A stretch of DNA of 64,000 nucleotides. Source: Octopus vulgaris. Its lineage: Eukaryota. The stretch covers positions 80,600,001 through 80,664,000 of the forward strand of contig OX597816.1 in assembly GCA_951406725.2 (NCBI GenBank). The letters are read 5' to 3'. How positions within the stretch are numbered: position 1 is the stretch's first letter; the number at the start of each line of letters is the position of its first letter. Below are positions 29,290 through 43,390 of the stretch, in pieces. Below the pieces are notes generated by a model, which had not been told where the DNA came from, ran no database searches, and worked only from the letters and a program-made list of their open reading frames with translations. A program made the translations under genes and the position numbers.

Positions 29290-30330
29290 TCAGTCACTAT
29301 GGTGAAGTCTCATAATATCCTGTAATCCTTATTCTGCATCACAGCCTCTGGTTAATATTCATAACCTTTTCCCACTGCATTGAATCCGCACCATCGGATC
29401 TCAATGCAATCTTTTACCAACACAATCATGCTGCTGCTTATACTCTTTGTGTGCTTCCTTGTTGTATTCACTCAAGAAACGCTTTATACTTTCGTCTCTT
29501 CTTCAGCATTTGCCCTCCGGTTGAGATTATCAATTTTTGCTTTTATCATATTTGTTCTGAATAATTCCGGAACGGTTGTAATAAGCGATTCGGTTTTTCG
29601 TGTCAGGTTTCCATCCGTCAGCTACAACCAGCGTCCTTTCCTCCAAATTTCCTCCGATTTGTTGCAAGAATTGGTCATGTAATTCCTTCTCTTTACAGTC
29701 ACACTTTCTATAGTTCTTGCTTCTGTTCTTATATTACATTGATTTTCTAAATGTTGGACATTTCTACCCAACGATAATATTCTTTCTTCGCAACCTACAA
29801 CCTTTTTTTCAGACCTGGTATCGCAGTATTAAGGGTATATTCTGCATTTAGAAATCCTCTGTTTCTTTCCTTTCTTGGTAGGTGCAGCTTGTTGTTATTA
29901 CTTTAAGGTGTCCATTGTGAACAGCTTTCTGGTTCTCCTACCTAAATTTGTCGCTCGTTCTTTGCCCATCTTAGCAAGATAGCAGAACATTTAAATACTG
30001 GCATAAACCATGTATTTATTGCTTATTGCTTTGATATATTCCCTTCATTTAATTTTACCTTGAGCACCTTCCGAATTCTTCTGTTGTAGTCTTTGGAGTT
30101 TTTTTTCTTTCGCATTTCTTTTCTCAACATCCCTAGTTACTTGAACCACTCGCTAATCCTCAGTGATTTAATAAAATTTAGTTGTGGTAATTTTATACTA
30201 TCAGAGGCCACCTTCTGGCTTCTCTTCATGAATAATGTTCCACATTTATTTACTCCAATATCCTTGCTGAAAACTCTTACTGTTTTTATTAAAGGGTCCA
30301 GGTTTTTCAAATATTTTTATATAGTTTGAG
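29290..30330 (-). mobile_element. R4/Dong-like fragment, decayed
   Basis: GNLTRKTESLIT and RTNMIKAKIDN, plus an RRTRK-like thumb motif. Confidence 0.65.
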
Positions 30331-30788
30331 GTGACTTATACCAAATCAATGGGGGTGGTTCATGTGTGTATGTATTTATGTACGAATGTATGTATGTTTA
30401 CATGTACGCACGCATACACAAATATGTGCATGTCTGTACAAGTGTGTTGATAGATATTACATTGCATTTGTGAATCGGTATGTATTGACTTTGTGTGTTT
30501 AAATATCAAGTTTTGAATATCTAAACATGTTGATAAGCACATATTACATGATCAAATATCTTACATGTTTTGACAGTGCATATTTCACATATTTTGTCAT
30601 GTCTTGTATTTGTTGTATATACGTATGTAAGATTGTGTACAAGTATGTACGCATGTATGTATGAATGTATGTATGTACGTATGCATATATGTATGTATGT
30701 TAGGTAAGTAGGTAGGTAGGTAGGTATGTATGTATGTATGTAGGTAGGTAGTTAGGTAGGTAGGAAGGTAGGTAGGTAGGTAGGCGTT

Positions 30789-31197
30789 GAGCTGGCAGAA
30801 GCGTTAGCACGCCGGGCGAAATGCTTAGCGGTATTTCGTCAGCGGCTACGTTCTGAGTTCAAGTTCCGCCGAGGTCGACTTTGCCTTTCATCCTTTCGGG
30901 GTCGATAAATTAAGTATCAGTTACGCACTGGGGTCGGTGTAATCGACTTAATACCTATGTCTGTCCTTGTTTGTCCCCTCTGTGTTTAGCCCCTTGTGGG
31001 TAATAAAGAAATAGGTATTTCGTCTGCCGTTACGTTCTGAGTTCAAATTCCGCCGGGGTCGACTTTGCTTTTCATCCTTTCGGGGTTGCTAAATTAAGTA
31101 CCAGTTACGCACTGGGGTCAATATAATCAACTTAATTCGTTTGTCTGTCCTTGTTTGTCCTCTCTGTGTTTAGCCCCTTGTGGTAGTAAAGAAATAG
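30789..31197 (+). mobile_element. SINE family A with tandem-duplicated body
   Basis: One head plus two units of about 185 bp (ggtatttcgtc...aaagaaata); B-box-like gagttcaaattcc; conserved central gtcgactttgcctttcatcctttcggggtcgataaattaagtaccag. Confidence 0.9.
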
Positions 31198-31860
31198 GTA
31201 GGTAGGTAGGTAGCTAGCCAGCCAGCTAGCTAACTAAGTAGTGCGTTAGTAGGTTTAGAGACATATATGTAAGTATGTATGTGTATTATGCCTTACGTAA
31301 GTGATAAGAAGTAAATACATAACAGATGACTTAGCCTTTAATTATTTCGTGGTGAAGTTATCGCGTAAGAAACTCGGAGTAATGACAGAATGAAATTTTA
31401 TTTTGGGACCCTATACACGTCAACACACAGATTCATTGGTTTCATGTATGAACATTTTTTCTTCAGAAATAAATAGAAAGCGAGTGAAACAGAAAGTGCT
31501 GTATGTGCGTGTGTGTGCAAATATAAGTATGTATATATATATATATATATATGTGAGTTAATTCAGAGGTTATAACAATAGTCTAAGGGATACTTGTATC
31601 CAATTAATCCACTGTATCCAATTAATCCACTATATTTAATCATGTGCATTGGTATTAATGCTCATAAATGATAGGTAATGGCAAGAATAAACTAAAGTTT
31701 ATCAATATTCAAGGAAAGCAGAAAATGGAGATATTTCCAATTTTATCTCCATTTTCTGCTCTCCTTGTATGTATAAAGATAAATATATATATATGAACAC
31801 ACACACATATATGAATGCCTATGCGCGTATATTCATGCACACGCACACATGCACACACAT

Positions 31861-31903
<43 letters not shown>

Positions 31904-32419
31904 GAGAAAGAGTTATGGAGAAATGGCGATACAGATGAAGAGACTGACATGGAGAGATTTCGAAACTGTGAGCAACTCACCAAGGATTTGCTTTTAATTA
32001 AAATATTCTAAATATAATATGATAAATTAAATGTTTTAATGTTACTAAAACTACAACTACTACTAGTATTAATGATAATGATAGTAATGGGAATATATAA
32101 AGGTGTACAATCATGCACATGCATGTGCATGCAAGCGTAAATACATGGATACATTCATGTCTGTGTGTGTGTGTGTGTGTGTGCACATATATTCAATTAT
32201 GGCTTCCTGCATGTGCGAGTATGTGTCTGTTAGATGGTATGTTGCTTTATGCTTAAATATCTGCAATCTCCTCAGGCACATTCACATGCTGCTATACACA
32301 AGATAACCTAAGACATAGATTATATATTAATATATACAAATAGTGATACATACGTACATATATTCATACATGTGTGTGTATGTGTGTATATATATATATA
32401 TGTATATACGTGAGTCTAT

Positions 32420-32592
32420 GACATTTACGCCCCCCCCCCCATGGTCAATAACCACGCAAGGACAATTACCCCTGAGGACAACAGATGATGATTTAAAAGA
32501 GGGAGTAATTAACCAAGAGGCGTAATTGCCCTACGGGGTAGTTGTCGTCGGGGGGAATTGTCCTATGGGTGGTGGGTAATTGTCCTGATACA
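32420..32592. mobile_element. Degenerate foldback MITE with ggacaattaccc sub-repeats
   Basis: ggacaattacccc-type units on the left and gggtaattgtcc-type units on the right. Confidence 0.55.
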
Positions 32593-33512
32593 ATGTACGT
32601 ACATATGTATGAGCGAATGGAGAGATGAATGGATGGAGGGATGGAGGGATGGAGGGATGGAGGGATGGCCGGACGGACAGATATCTAAGTATAACCATAA
32701 GTTAACGAGTGAGCAGGAATGTACGTATGTACGATATATCGATGAACGCTTGGATGGATGGAGGGATGAACGTATGGACGGCTGGCTGGATGGATGGATG
32801 GATGCATGGTTGGATGCATGGATGGATGGATGGATAGATGGATGGATAGATGGATGGTGGACGGACGGACAAGTATCTAAATATAAACATAAATTAACGA
32901 CTGTGCATGTGTATATGTATATCTATATGTGTGTGTGTGTGCATGTATGTATGCATATATATATAATTATACACACATACTACATATATATATATATATA
33001 TATGTATATACATGTATGTGTGTGTGTGCGCGGAAATATACACACACAGTCATAACCATAAACGCACTAGAATTCTGTATTCCGTCAGTTCTTACACCGT
33101 AAAAGATCCATTATTCATTATTTCATAATTAATTTTCTTCGATAAATATTTATTGTTTCAAACAACAATGGAAATTAAGTTCGGAAATAGAGACAGCAGT
33201 TATTCACGCAGTCGTGTTAATGGTTATATAACAATATCAGGAGTTAAATTGGTGCATGGCAGCAATAAAGTCTTAAGAGATTCTGCCGGAAATTTCTTTA
33301 CTAATTACTTGATTTTGATATTCCTGGATTTAAGAATTCTTCATTATTCTTGGTAGATAATTTTTATTGATCACATTTTCTTCAAAACAGCCAGTCGATT
33401 AAATTCTAATAATTTACCGTTCATCTTGTTGTCACGTTTTTCTTCTGCACATAATTATCCTTTACTTTTATGCCAGGAGTTTACTTTCTGTGTGTGTGCA
33501 TGCGCGCTATTT

Positions 33513-33589
<77 letters not shown>

Positions 33590-33592
<3 letters not shown>

Positions 33593-33935
33593 CGCAGGCG
33601 TGGATATGCGGTAAGAAGCTTCCTTCCCACCCATATGATTGCAGGTTCAGTTCCACTGCGTGGCATTTTGGGGACAATTGTCTTCTACTATAGCCTCAGC
33701 CAGACCGAAGCCTTCTGAATGGATTTGGTAGATGTAGACGGAAACTGAAAGAAGCTTGTATATATATATATATATTTGTGTGTGTGTGAAAGTGTGAACC
33801 TATTTGTACGTGATTGTTTGTCCCCACCCCACTGTCGTAGGACAACCCATAACTTAGCGGTTCGACAAAAAGACCAATAGTGCTCCAGTATGCCTTCGAT
33901 CAAAGGACTGGAACACTGAAACAAAAGAATAAAAG
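33590..33935 (+). mobile_element. SINE family B, diverged near-full copy
   Basis: ggcgcaggcgtggatatgcggtaag head through aacttagcggttcgacaaaagacc. Confidence 0.8.
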
Positions 33936-33971
33936 AATATATATATATTCATATATATGCATTATATGTAT

Positions 33972-34065
<94 letters not shown>

Positions 34066-35677
34066 TATGTGTGCATATATTTTTTTTAATTTGTTTACGG
34101 GAAATGTTTTAAATATGCAAATAAACCTCCTATTCCATTATGCTAGCATACGGACTGTGATCTTAAAAGACATGTGATCTGCGGAAACGCGCGTAACGAT
34201 ACATCCAAATATTGATAAATTCCATACAAAGATTATTATTATTACTATACATACATACATACATACGTATGTATTTATGTATGTATGTACGTATGTATCT
34301 ATGTATCTATGTATGTATGAATGTATGAATGTATAGATTTGTTTAATGTGTGTGTGTGCGCGCGCGCGTGTGTGTATGTGTTCTATAAGAGTGTTTTAGT
34401 GCATACACTATCAAAGCCACAAAATATCAGAAACTGTACCATGCCGGATTCAAAGTGAAATTATATACAACGAAATTAATCCAGGATTGTCTTTCATCCC
34501 TCTTGGGATCAATAAAATATTACCTGTGTCGTATCATCCATCTCTAACAAAGGCATGTTTATATCCTCTTTGCAAAACGTTTGTAACCAAATGCCAATAA
34601 AAGAAATCAATATATTTTTACTGTATCTACTTCGTTTTCGCACGTTAGTGAACCCCATATATTTTAGAGCAGTTTTGATAGTGATACCTTAAGGAAGGCG
34701 TTTATCGCGCAAATAAAGGAAATAACTCCGCTCAAGAATCGAAACAATATATTCTCTATTCATAGATGAAACTGAGCTAAGCAGTGATCCACATTTTAAT
34801 TCTTTTTGAATTATTTTTAGTTAATTGGTGTGTTGCCATTTATTTATTTATTTATTTATTTATTCATTTAGGTAAAGAGATATAGCCAATTAAATCCACT
34901 GCACATTCTAATTGAACCTAATATTTTAATATTCATTAATGGCATCTGCGGTGAATATTAGTTTAAAATGTTGTCATTCGATCGTATAATAGTTTTGCCT
35001 GGAAAAAAAGCAAAGGCTCTGTTATGTTTGTAATTATGAATTCTTCAAATTAATTTCTTTCTTTTTTCTCACTTCAGAAATTTCAGAAAACTCTTCGTTT
35101 CACTTTTGGAATGAATTTTCATTAATTTTCATTAACATTTTCTTTTTTTGTATGCTCATTACAGAGACAATTTCAATTGAGTAGAAATCACTCTAGTCTC
35201 AGTAGACTAAGTATGTTGATCCTATATTTCATTAGAAGTTATTTACGCAGGAGGCTGCTTGAGGAAATTTTCAATATCTGAAGAGCAACAGTAACTAAGG
35301 CACTTCGTTCCTAGCAAATACAATTTAGAGCAAAGTATAGGTAATGGGGAGGATAAATTTCACCAGTGCTAACAGCGGCGCCGCAGTGAAACTGAACACT
35401 TCATTGTGCTACAGTGTCCAGATCAATTCTAATCGTACGGAAAATTACCTGCAATGAACTGGTGACCTATACAGAGAATGATTTATACCCATTGTTTGAA
35501 AGTTTTCGAAATCAAGAATCAACAGAGCAAGAGTATAGAGTAACGGGCTGCTTCACAGTCAATCAAAACGGAGCAGCAAATGCAAAATATAAGTTAGTCC
35601 TAGAGCGCACAATGTTCCTAAAGGTCACTAATGGTCTTCCTCGATCACGAGTGGACGGCCATCAAGTATGTATATAC

Positions 35678-35885
35678 ATAGTTCAAATTTGCAGGAAATA
35701 AAAGACAAAGACAGGCACAGGAACAACATGTTGGTGTATTAGTTTGACGCTCGGGAAGAATGAAGTCTTTGACATTTCGAGCCTACGGTTTTCAACAGAA
35801 GGGTTTGAGAGGGTAAAAAATGGAGAGAGAACGATAAAAAAAGAAACGGAGAGAGAAAAGTAATGTATGGAGAATAATGGTTTAA
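35678..35885 (-). mobile_element. Short element related to 22616-22828 with a decayed hammerhead-like motif (35767-35801)
   Basis: CTGTTGA...GCTC-GAAAT-GTC-aaag, followed by a cttcccgagcgtcaaactaatac block similar to that in the other copies. Confidence 0.5.
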
Positions 35886-36089
35886 CATGATGAAAATGTA
35901 TGTATGTATGCATGTACATACATGCATACATACATACATACATACATACATACATACATACAGACATACATACATACATACATACATACGTACATACATA
36001 CATACATACATACATACATACATACATACATACATACATACATACATACATACATACATACATACATACGTACGTACGTACGTACATAG

Positions 36090-36555
36090 TACAGGTGGAA
36101 TCTCCTAGTGAAAACCTCAATAAAATATAAACACAGCAGACCTGATATAATGATTTGGAACAGAGAAAAGAAACTGTGTACAGTTGTGGAAATTAGCTGA
36201 CCAGCGGATGTTAACATAAAGCAGAAGGTGAGTGAAAAAGAGAATACCTATGCTGAACTTTTGAGAAAACTGCAGTTACTCTATCAATATTACAAGTTCC
36301 GGTTTATACTTGTAATTATTGGGGTACTGGGATATGTAACGCACTACATAAATAGCAATCTTGAAAAATTAGGCTTCCCAAAACCAGAAAGGAGAAAGTT
36401 AATTCGAAGACTATAGATCCAAGCCATCACTGGAACTGTAAATGTCGGTAAAACTTTCCAGAAGCTTTATTATCTAAGTATATATGAGCATGTCTAGATA
36501 TGCAAGTATATGCATGAGAAGAGATACATAAAACAAAACAAACAAAGCTGTATAG
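36090..36555 (+). mobile_element. 5'-truncated RLE-type non-LTR retrotransposon within (CATA)n
   Basis: KHSRPDIMIWNREKKLCTVVEIS*PADVNIKQKVSEKENTYAEL...VIIGVLG (PD-(D/E)xK-type RLE); (TACA)n on both flanks. Confidence 0.85.
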
Positions 36556-37747
36556 ATACATACATACATACATACATACATACATACATACATACATACA
36601 TACATACATACATACATACATACATACATACATACATACATACATACAGATGTTAGTTTTGTACATGGAAGTGTAATAGAGAACTTAAAATACGTTGCAA
36701 AGTTCAGTCACATAGTTCTTTAAAGCACAGTTTTGATCCTTGCCTGTGTTTCTTGCTCTGCGATCTTTCAGATGGTTATACTAGATATTGAAAAAGCAAT
36801 TGAAGCGTTTTCATTTGGGCAATTCATTGCTGATTAAGCATAACTTAAGTTCCTTACTACGATTTGCTGCCATCCCCAGTCCCATATTAGTAGGTTATAG
36901 TTACTTTATGATCTGCATTCCAGAATAATTTGTGAATAATAAATTTTCTTTATGTCATTGAGTTATGATCCGATCCCTCTCGTTGTAAAGGCATAGTTAT
37001 AGTATAATAATGTGTTTGGTCACTTTGGCACATAATATATGAGTTGCGGTGAACGGAAATAACATTATTAACGTCGACTTCGTTTTAAGAGGTCTAACGT
37101 CGTCGAGAAATGCTTCTCATTGATCCTTCTGGGATCGATGAATCAAGTACGAATCATCTACTGGGATCGAATAAATCGACAAAACTTCTCGCGAATATCG
37201 GAGGTTTTGTGTTGATGTAATCAAATATTATACAACAATATCTTAAGGAGACTCAAAGAGTATAGATTTAGGATTAAAGGCGGCATCAGTTGGATTCTAT
37301 ATATTCTGAGCTCAGATATCCCCATGGTACATTTTGCATTTTATTATTCAAATTTTGTCACAATCAGTACTAAGAAAGTATTGGAAGCCACTCATACAAC
37401 ATTATATATATCACAGATTATGGATTCTAGCTATGAGGAAATACGAGAATCATAATTGTTGCTAGAACTCATAAAAGGCAGCTACTCATTACATGAAAAC
37501 AAACAATGTTAAGAGAAATAATAGATATTAAACGCCTTTTTAGGTAGCTGGTAAAAAGAAAGTATACGATCGATTCAATATAGAAATAAAAGTTTCTTGT
37601 GCTATAAGAGTTAAGAGGAGGACAGTGTTTCTTCGAATCTATGAAGAGATAGATACCTCATATGTATAATAATGAACTAGGATACAAATTTTATGATGAT
37701 CAATAATAACAGCAGATGGAAGGTAATAACAAGCGTATGATGAATAT

Positions 37748-37840
<93 letters not shown>

Positions 37841-38219
37841 GCAGTTGATTGATGGTAATACGAAACAATGGTAAGATGAAAGAACTACTCATATGTTGTG
37901 AGATTAGGTGCGCATAGAAAAATACACACACATGCACAAATATACACGCTTATATATATTGGCATGTATATGTAAGACTAAATATGTGTGCGTTTATGTG
38001 TCAAAATACATACATAAGTATGTGAAGAAATGAAGAAATAAATATCTGTGTGTGTATACATACATACATGTGTGTGTGTATGCATACATGCATGTATACA
38101 CATATTATATATACGAAATAAAAAGCATATATACGCATCCCTAAATACAAATATAGATCGAAAGATAAATGCACACATATATATATATATATATATATAC
38201 ATATGAAATACACTATATG

Positions 38220-38271
<52 letters not shown>

Positions 38272-38286
38272 GAAATACACTATATG

Positions 38287-38348
<62 letters not shown>

Positions 38349-38853
38349 CATGCATATATACAAAAAAAATGTATATACATATATATGCATATGCAACATA
38401 TACAAATATATATGTGTACGTGTGTTTGTGTTCAATACAGTTCGACACTGTCTTTACCAAGCTTATCTCAGCAGAAGAGACGCTTAAACATGTACAACAA
38501 AAGCGTAGAAAGCATTTATGGCGTAGGTAATTTGCATAAAATCAAAGGAATGCCAGCTAAGAGAAATAGCTCAGAATGACCAGTGGCATGAATGCGATTC
38601 CAAGAATCATCCTTACCCGGCAAATATAGTTCGAAAATGGGCTCAATAACTGACAACCCGAACATGCAGCAGGGTATAGAGGATTAGTATAGCAACTAAC
38701 ATACGTCGATGCATATTGACGCATACACACACACATACATACAATTTAAAGCATGTGCAGATATACAAATAATATATTTATGTATATATGAATACACACA
38801 CACGTGTTCTTATATATATATATATATATGTATATACATTCATACAGACAGGC

Positions 38854-38892
<39 letters not shown>

Positions 38893-38957
38893 GCATACAG
38901 ATGTAGGTAATATATATATATATATATATCATATATATATATGTATACAGACAGAAA

Positions 38958-39002
<45 letters not shown>

Positions 39003-39205
39003 TACATAAATATATATATATATATAAAGTATAATCCATAAACAAAATTATATATATATATATATATATAATATATATATTAATATCATATGTATATAGA
39101 CAGGCATAATATATATATATATAATATATAAATATACATGCATACAGACAATAAATATATATAATATATAAGCATAAATGTATAAAAAAAAACACACAAG
39201 CGCAA

Positions 39206-39237
<32 letters not shown>

Positions 39238-39261
39238 ATACAATGTATAAAAGTTATCAAA

Positions 39262-39445
39262 AGACAGCACAAAAAAAAAAAAAACAACGAGGACGTGGGA
39301 ACAAATATAGTATTATTGGACGCTCAGGAAAGAAGGAAGGTTTAACATTTCGAGCGGAGCTCTTCGTCGGAAAAATAGGAGAAGGAAAGATCCAGAGAAG
39401 GGAAGAGAGAGGAAAAAAAATCGCCAACGGTACACACGAGGTCAC

Positions 39446-39446
<1 letters not shown>
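39262..39446 (-). mobile_element. Second copy of the hammerhead-bearing short element (motif 39340-39374)
   Basis: CCGACGA-a-GAGC tcc GCTC-GAAAT-GTT-aaac; colinear with 22616-22828. Confidence 0.7.
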
Positions 39447-39513
<67 letters not shown>

Positions 39514-39646
39514 GCATACAGACAGGCAGACAGGCACAAATCAAAACATATGTTTAAATATAGACGAAGGTGAGTTAACCGAAACTTCGGTGTCACAATC
39601 AACCTTTTCCCTGTAAATTTGATATACACACACACACTTTATTAAT

Positions 39647-39750
39647 CACAACAATCGTTTCGGCTCGTCTTGCATCGATCCCTCACGAGTAAGATACTCT
39701 GCAACAGCTTATGTTGCATCCTTCCGTGCAGAGGGGTCTCTCGTCAGGTG
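39647..39750 (-). ncRNA. Type I hammerhead-like motif with a large branched stem II insertion
   Basis: cac-CTGACGA-[about 80 nt containing CCCTC/GAGGG, TGCAACA/TGTTGCA, GAGTA/TACTC]-GAAAC-GATT-GTT-gtg, then AATAAA. Confidence 0.55.
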
Positions 39751-41035
39751 CCTTTTCAAAAGGTACTCCGCGCAATACAATCGGTTTCGTTTGGTTCGAT
39801 TATACAACATGTCGTTATTTAGTTGTAGGCGGTTGCCCCTAGGTTGCGTTCTTCCAAATGACATGGAACAGATACAGTCTATTTTATATATATATATATA
39901 AGCAGTTAACAGTTAATACAGTTGCTCGTAAATAAATGACAAAAAATAAAAGAATAATAAGATTATTTTGATAAGTATACGCATTTTGACATACGAAAAC
40001 ATAACAACGTATACATACATCCAAGATCTCTTAGACTGACACTTACGTCATTACAGATGAGCAGATATAATTAAATTAAGTCATAAAATACGAGACAGTC
40101 TTTTTTGAGGTGAACAGACAAAGGACATCAGCAAATTCAGGCCTTAAGTAAAATTTGGCGGTCCGTTCATCTCCATCACGTATACACCCCGAGGGATCAA
40201 TGCAAGATTGGTTGGAACGATGTTTGTGATTAATAAAAGATCTCGTGAATTCCATTTTCTGTTCCTCTCATTTGTTATATATTCGTCGAACACTGAGGTA
40301 GATCCATGGAATTTATATCAATAGTGTTGATGACATCAGACAGCTATACACAGTGAAAGTGCTTTAATCAGCATTCTATATGGTGTATTTCCAAGCTTTA
40401 ATTAATTACATATATGTGTGTGTGTGTACATATATGTATGTATGTATACATGTATGTATATGCATATCTTATGTATATTTATGTAAATGTACTCATAATT
40501 ATGTATTCATTTATATGTATATATAATACACACGCATAGATGCACACATTTCTTAAATTTATGCAATTTTTAATTAAAATCTTCATTCTAATGCATTCAG
40601 TCTTTCAGTTCTTTTATCTCCGTGTCTCTTCCCATCTTCTTTATATCATTACTCATTTAGTGAGGAACAATAGAGGAACCTACTCCTACCTTTATTCTTC
40701 AAATACAAACAACACACAAACATATATTCCACATAATTACGAAATATTCCTGAAGTTAGGTAAACTCACTTACACACGCATACAAATACATGCACACACA
40801 CTCATACATATGTACGTGTGTATGTATATAAAATTTTCTTACACTTGTCATATTCGTTAATATTCAGCACATTTTCGCATTTTTTTTTATTGTTTGTAAT
40901 TGCAATGTCACCTCATCCGTTGTAATTCTGTGAAATGAAGGTATTTTATTATTACAGTAGTTCTTTGTTGTTCTTCCAGTTATTCTTGCTGCAGCTGCTG
41001 ATGATCATCATCATCATTACCATCATCATTATCAC

Positions 41036-41085
<50 letters not shown>

Positions 41086-41305
41086 GGGTGACGAGCTGGT
41101 AGAAAGATTAGCACTCCAGCGAAATGCCTAGCGGTATTTCGTCTGCCGCTACGTTCTGAGTTCAAATTCCGCCGAGATCGACTTTGCCTTTCATCCTTTC
41201 AGGGTCGATTAAATAAGTACCAGTTACGCACAGGGGACGATGTAATCGACTTAATCCCTTTGTTTGTCCCCTCTATGTTTAGCCCCTGTGGGCAATGAAG
41301 AAATA
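41086..41305 (+). mobile_element. SINE family A, full copy after (ATT)n
   Basis: Colinear with 30789-31015. Confidence 0.9.
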
Positions 41306-41352
41306 AATATATAGACATTTATATACATATATATATATATATATGTGTGTGT

Positions 41353-41397
<45 letters not shown>

Positions 41398-42044
41398 TAT
41401 AATTATATATTTATGTATATATACATATTTGTCTGTGAGAGAGAGATGTGAAGTATATTTGGGATAAATCATAGCAATTAAGGAAGACGTTTTTGGCAAC
41501 TATTTCAATATATGTCATGATATCAGAATTAGTAGAAAAACGTGTAGAGATAAATTGGAAAAATATAAAATATACAAACATAATTGAATTATGTTCCTTA
41601 TACCACTGCGTGTATTTGTTAAATAAAGGTTACCTGCAATGGGAATTTATAAAAAATATTAAGAAGTCTCGACATATTTTTATTCAAACTTCTTCAACCC
41701 ATTGAAAATAAACCTGAGTAGATATTGCATTGGTATGGGGTAATCTATATGTTTTCTCACACACTTTTATTCCTTGCTTTCTCCAAATTTCATTAACATT
41801 TTCTATTTTCTGCTTGTGTCCCTTTCTCCCTTTCTTGATTTTTTTTTCCTTTCCACAACACGCATCTCTCACTGTTCTGTCTGGCTTTCAATTTTATCCA
41901 TCCTTTCACTTTAATATTTTCATAAAATCCTGCTGTTCTATTCATTTTATCTTTCAACAATTTCCCTTGTCACACGTATCTGTCTCTCACCCTCTCCCTC
42001 AATTTTGTATGTGTGTTTGCATCTCTCTCACTCCCCACTCTCTC

Positions 42045-42132
<88 letters not shown>

Positions 42133-42468
42133 CCTATGACCTATGTATTATTATGTGTCTCTCTCTATATATAAATACATATATATATTGACATATATTA
42201 ATACATATGTACATATATACACGTGCATACATACAAGCATGCATACATGCACACATACATACATACAAATACACCTGCATACATACACAGGCGTGAGTGA
42301 ACAAACAAAAAAAGACTCAACATATTCAGCTGGAGTTGCATATTTTTAATAACAGTTTGACTCAGTTCTACATATCTTAAACTTCCGTGGGCGCGTAAGA
42401 CAAATCCACCTCCTTGGATTGACTCGTTTTACGTGCCCCACGAAACTTTCTTATGCTAAGTGAATCTG

Positions 42469-42548
<80 letters not shown>

Positions 42549-42901
42549 TATTGTTTCTCCGTTATAGGTAGGATCAACAAAAGAACAAGTACTCCATCCA
42601 GTGAGAGATACATATTACCATAAGAGAGATTTTTCGCTACGGTAACTGCAGCAACATCACCACCAGTGATTAAGAATAAACGAATCTGAGGTTATTTGAA
42701 ATATGTGTTAAGTTCTAAATGTAGATTCACTGCGGTTACCGAGGAGAAAATGGTAAAAGATGTAAAAACACCATATATGGCCAAGAAGTTAAAAAGTAGG
42801 ATGTACAGATCACTATCCTGAACTAATACTGTTTCCGTTGCTAATGACGAGTTATATTCGCATACATACATACTTATAATATGGTGAGAGAGAGAGAGAG
42901 A

Positions 42902-42942
<41 letters not shown>

Positions 42943-43390
42943 ATATATATATATATATAAAATATAAAGTTATATCTTGAGTGACAACAACACTCAAGAT
43001 ATAAAACGGACTGGAAATAGAAGTGCTCCAATGAGCTGTATACACTTTTTATCCAAGGAGAGGCAATAGGAGCAACAACCACAGGAACACCACAAAAATC
43101 AAAGATAGACCGAACACAGGCAAATCTTATATACTAGTTTATATCTATACAGTCCGACATATTAAAAATTTAAAAATTCATTAATATATAAGTATCATAT
43201 ACAAATGAAAATATAAATACAAATATAAATATAGAAATAAATATAAATATAAATTTTGCATATAATACGCTTAAAACTGTTAGAATAAGAGGAATATATA
43301 TAGTGATAATAAAATAAAAATATACCATATCAAGACACGAGTAAAATTCCGGCGAATAGTACATAAAATATAATACTCATACAAGCTTAC

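Noticed and set aside
32600-32900. Trp/Asp/Gly-rich ORF 32558-33055
   Set aside because: It is a (TGGA)n repeat with a small local duplication.
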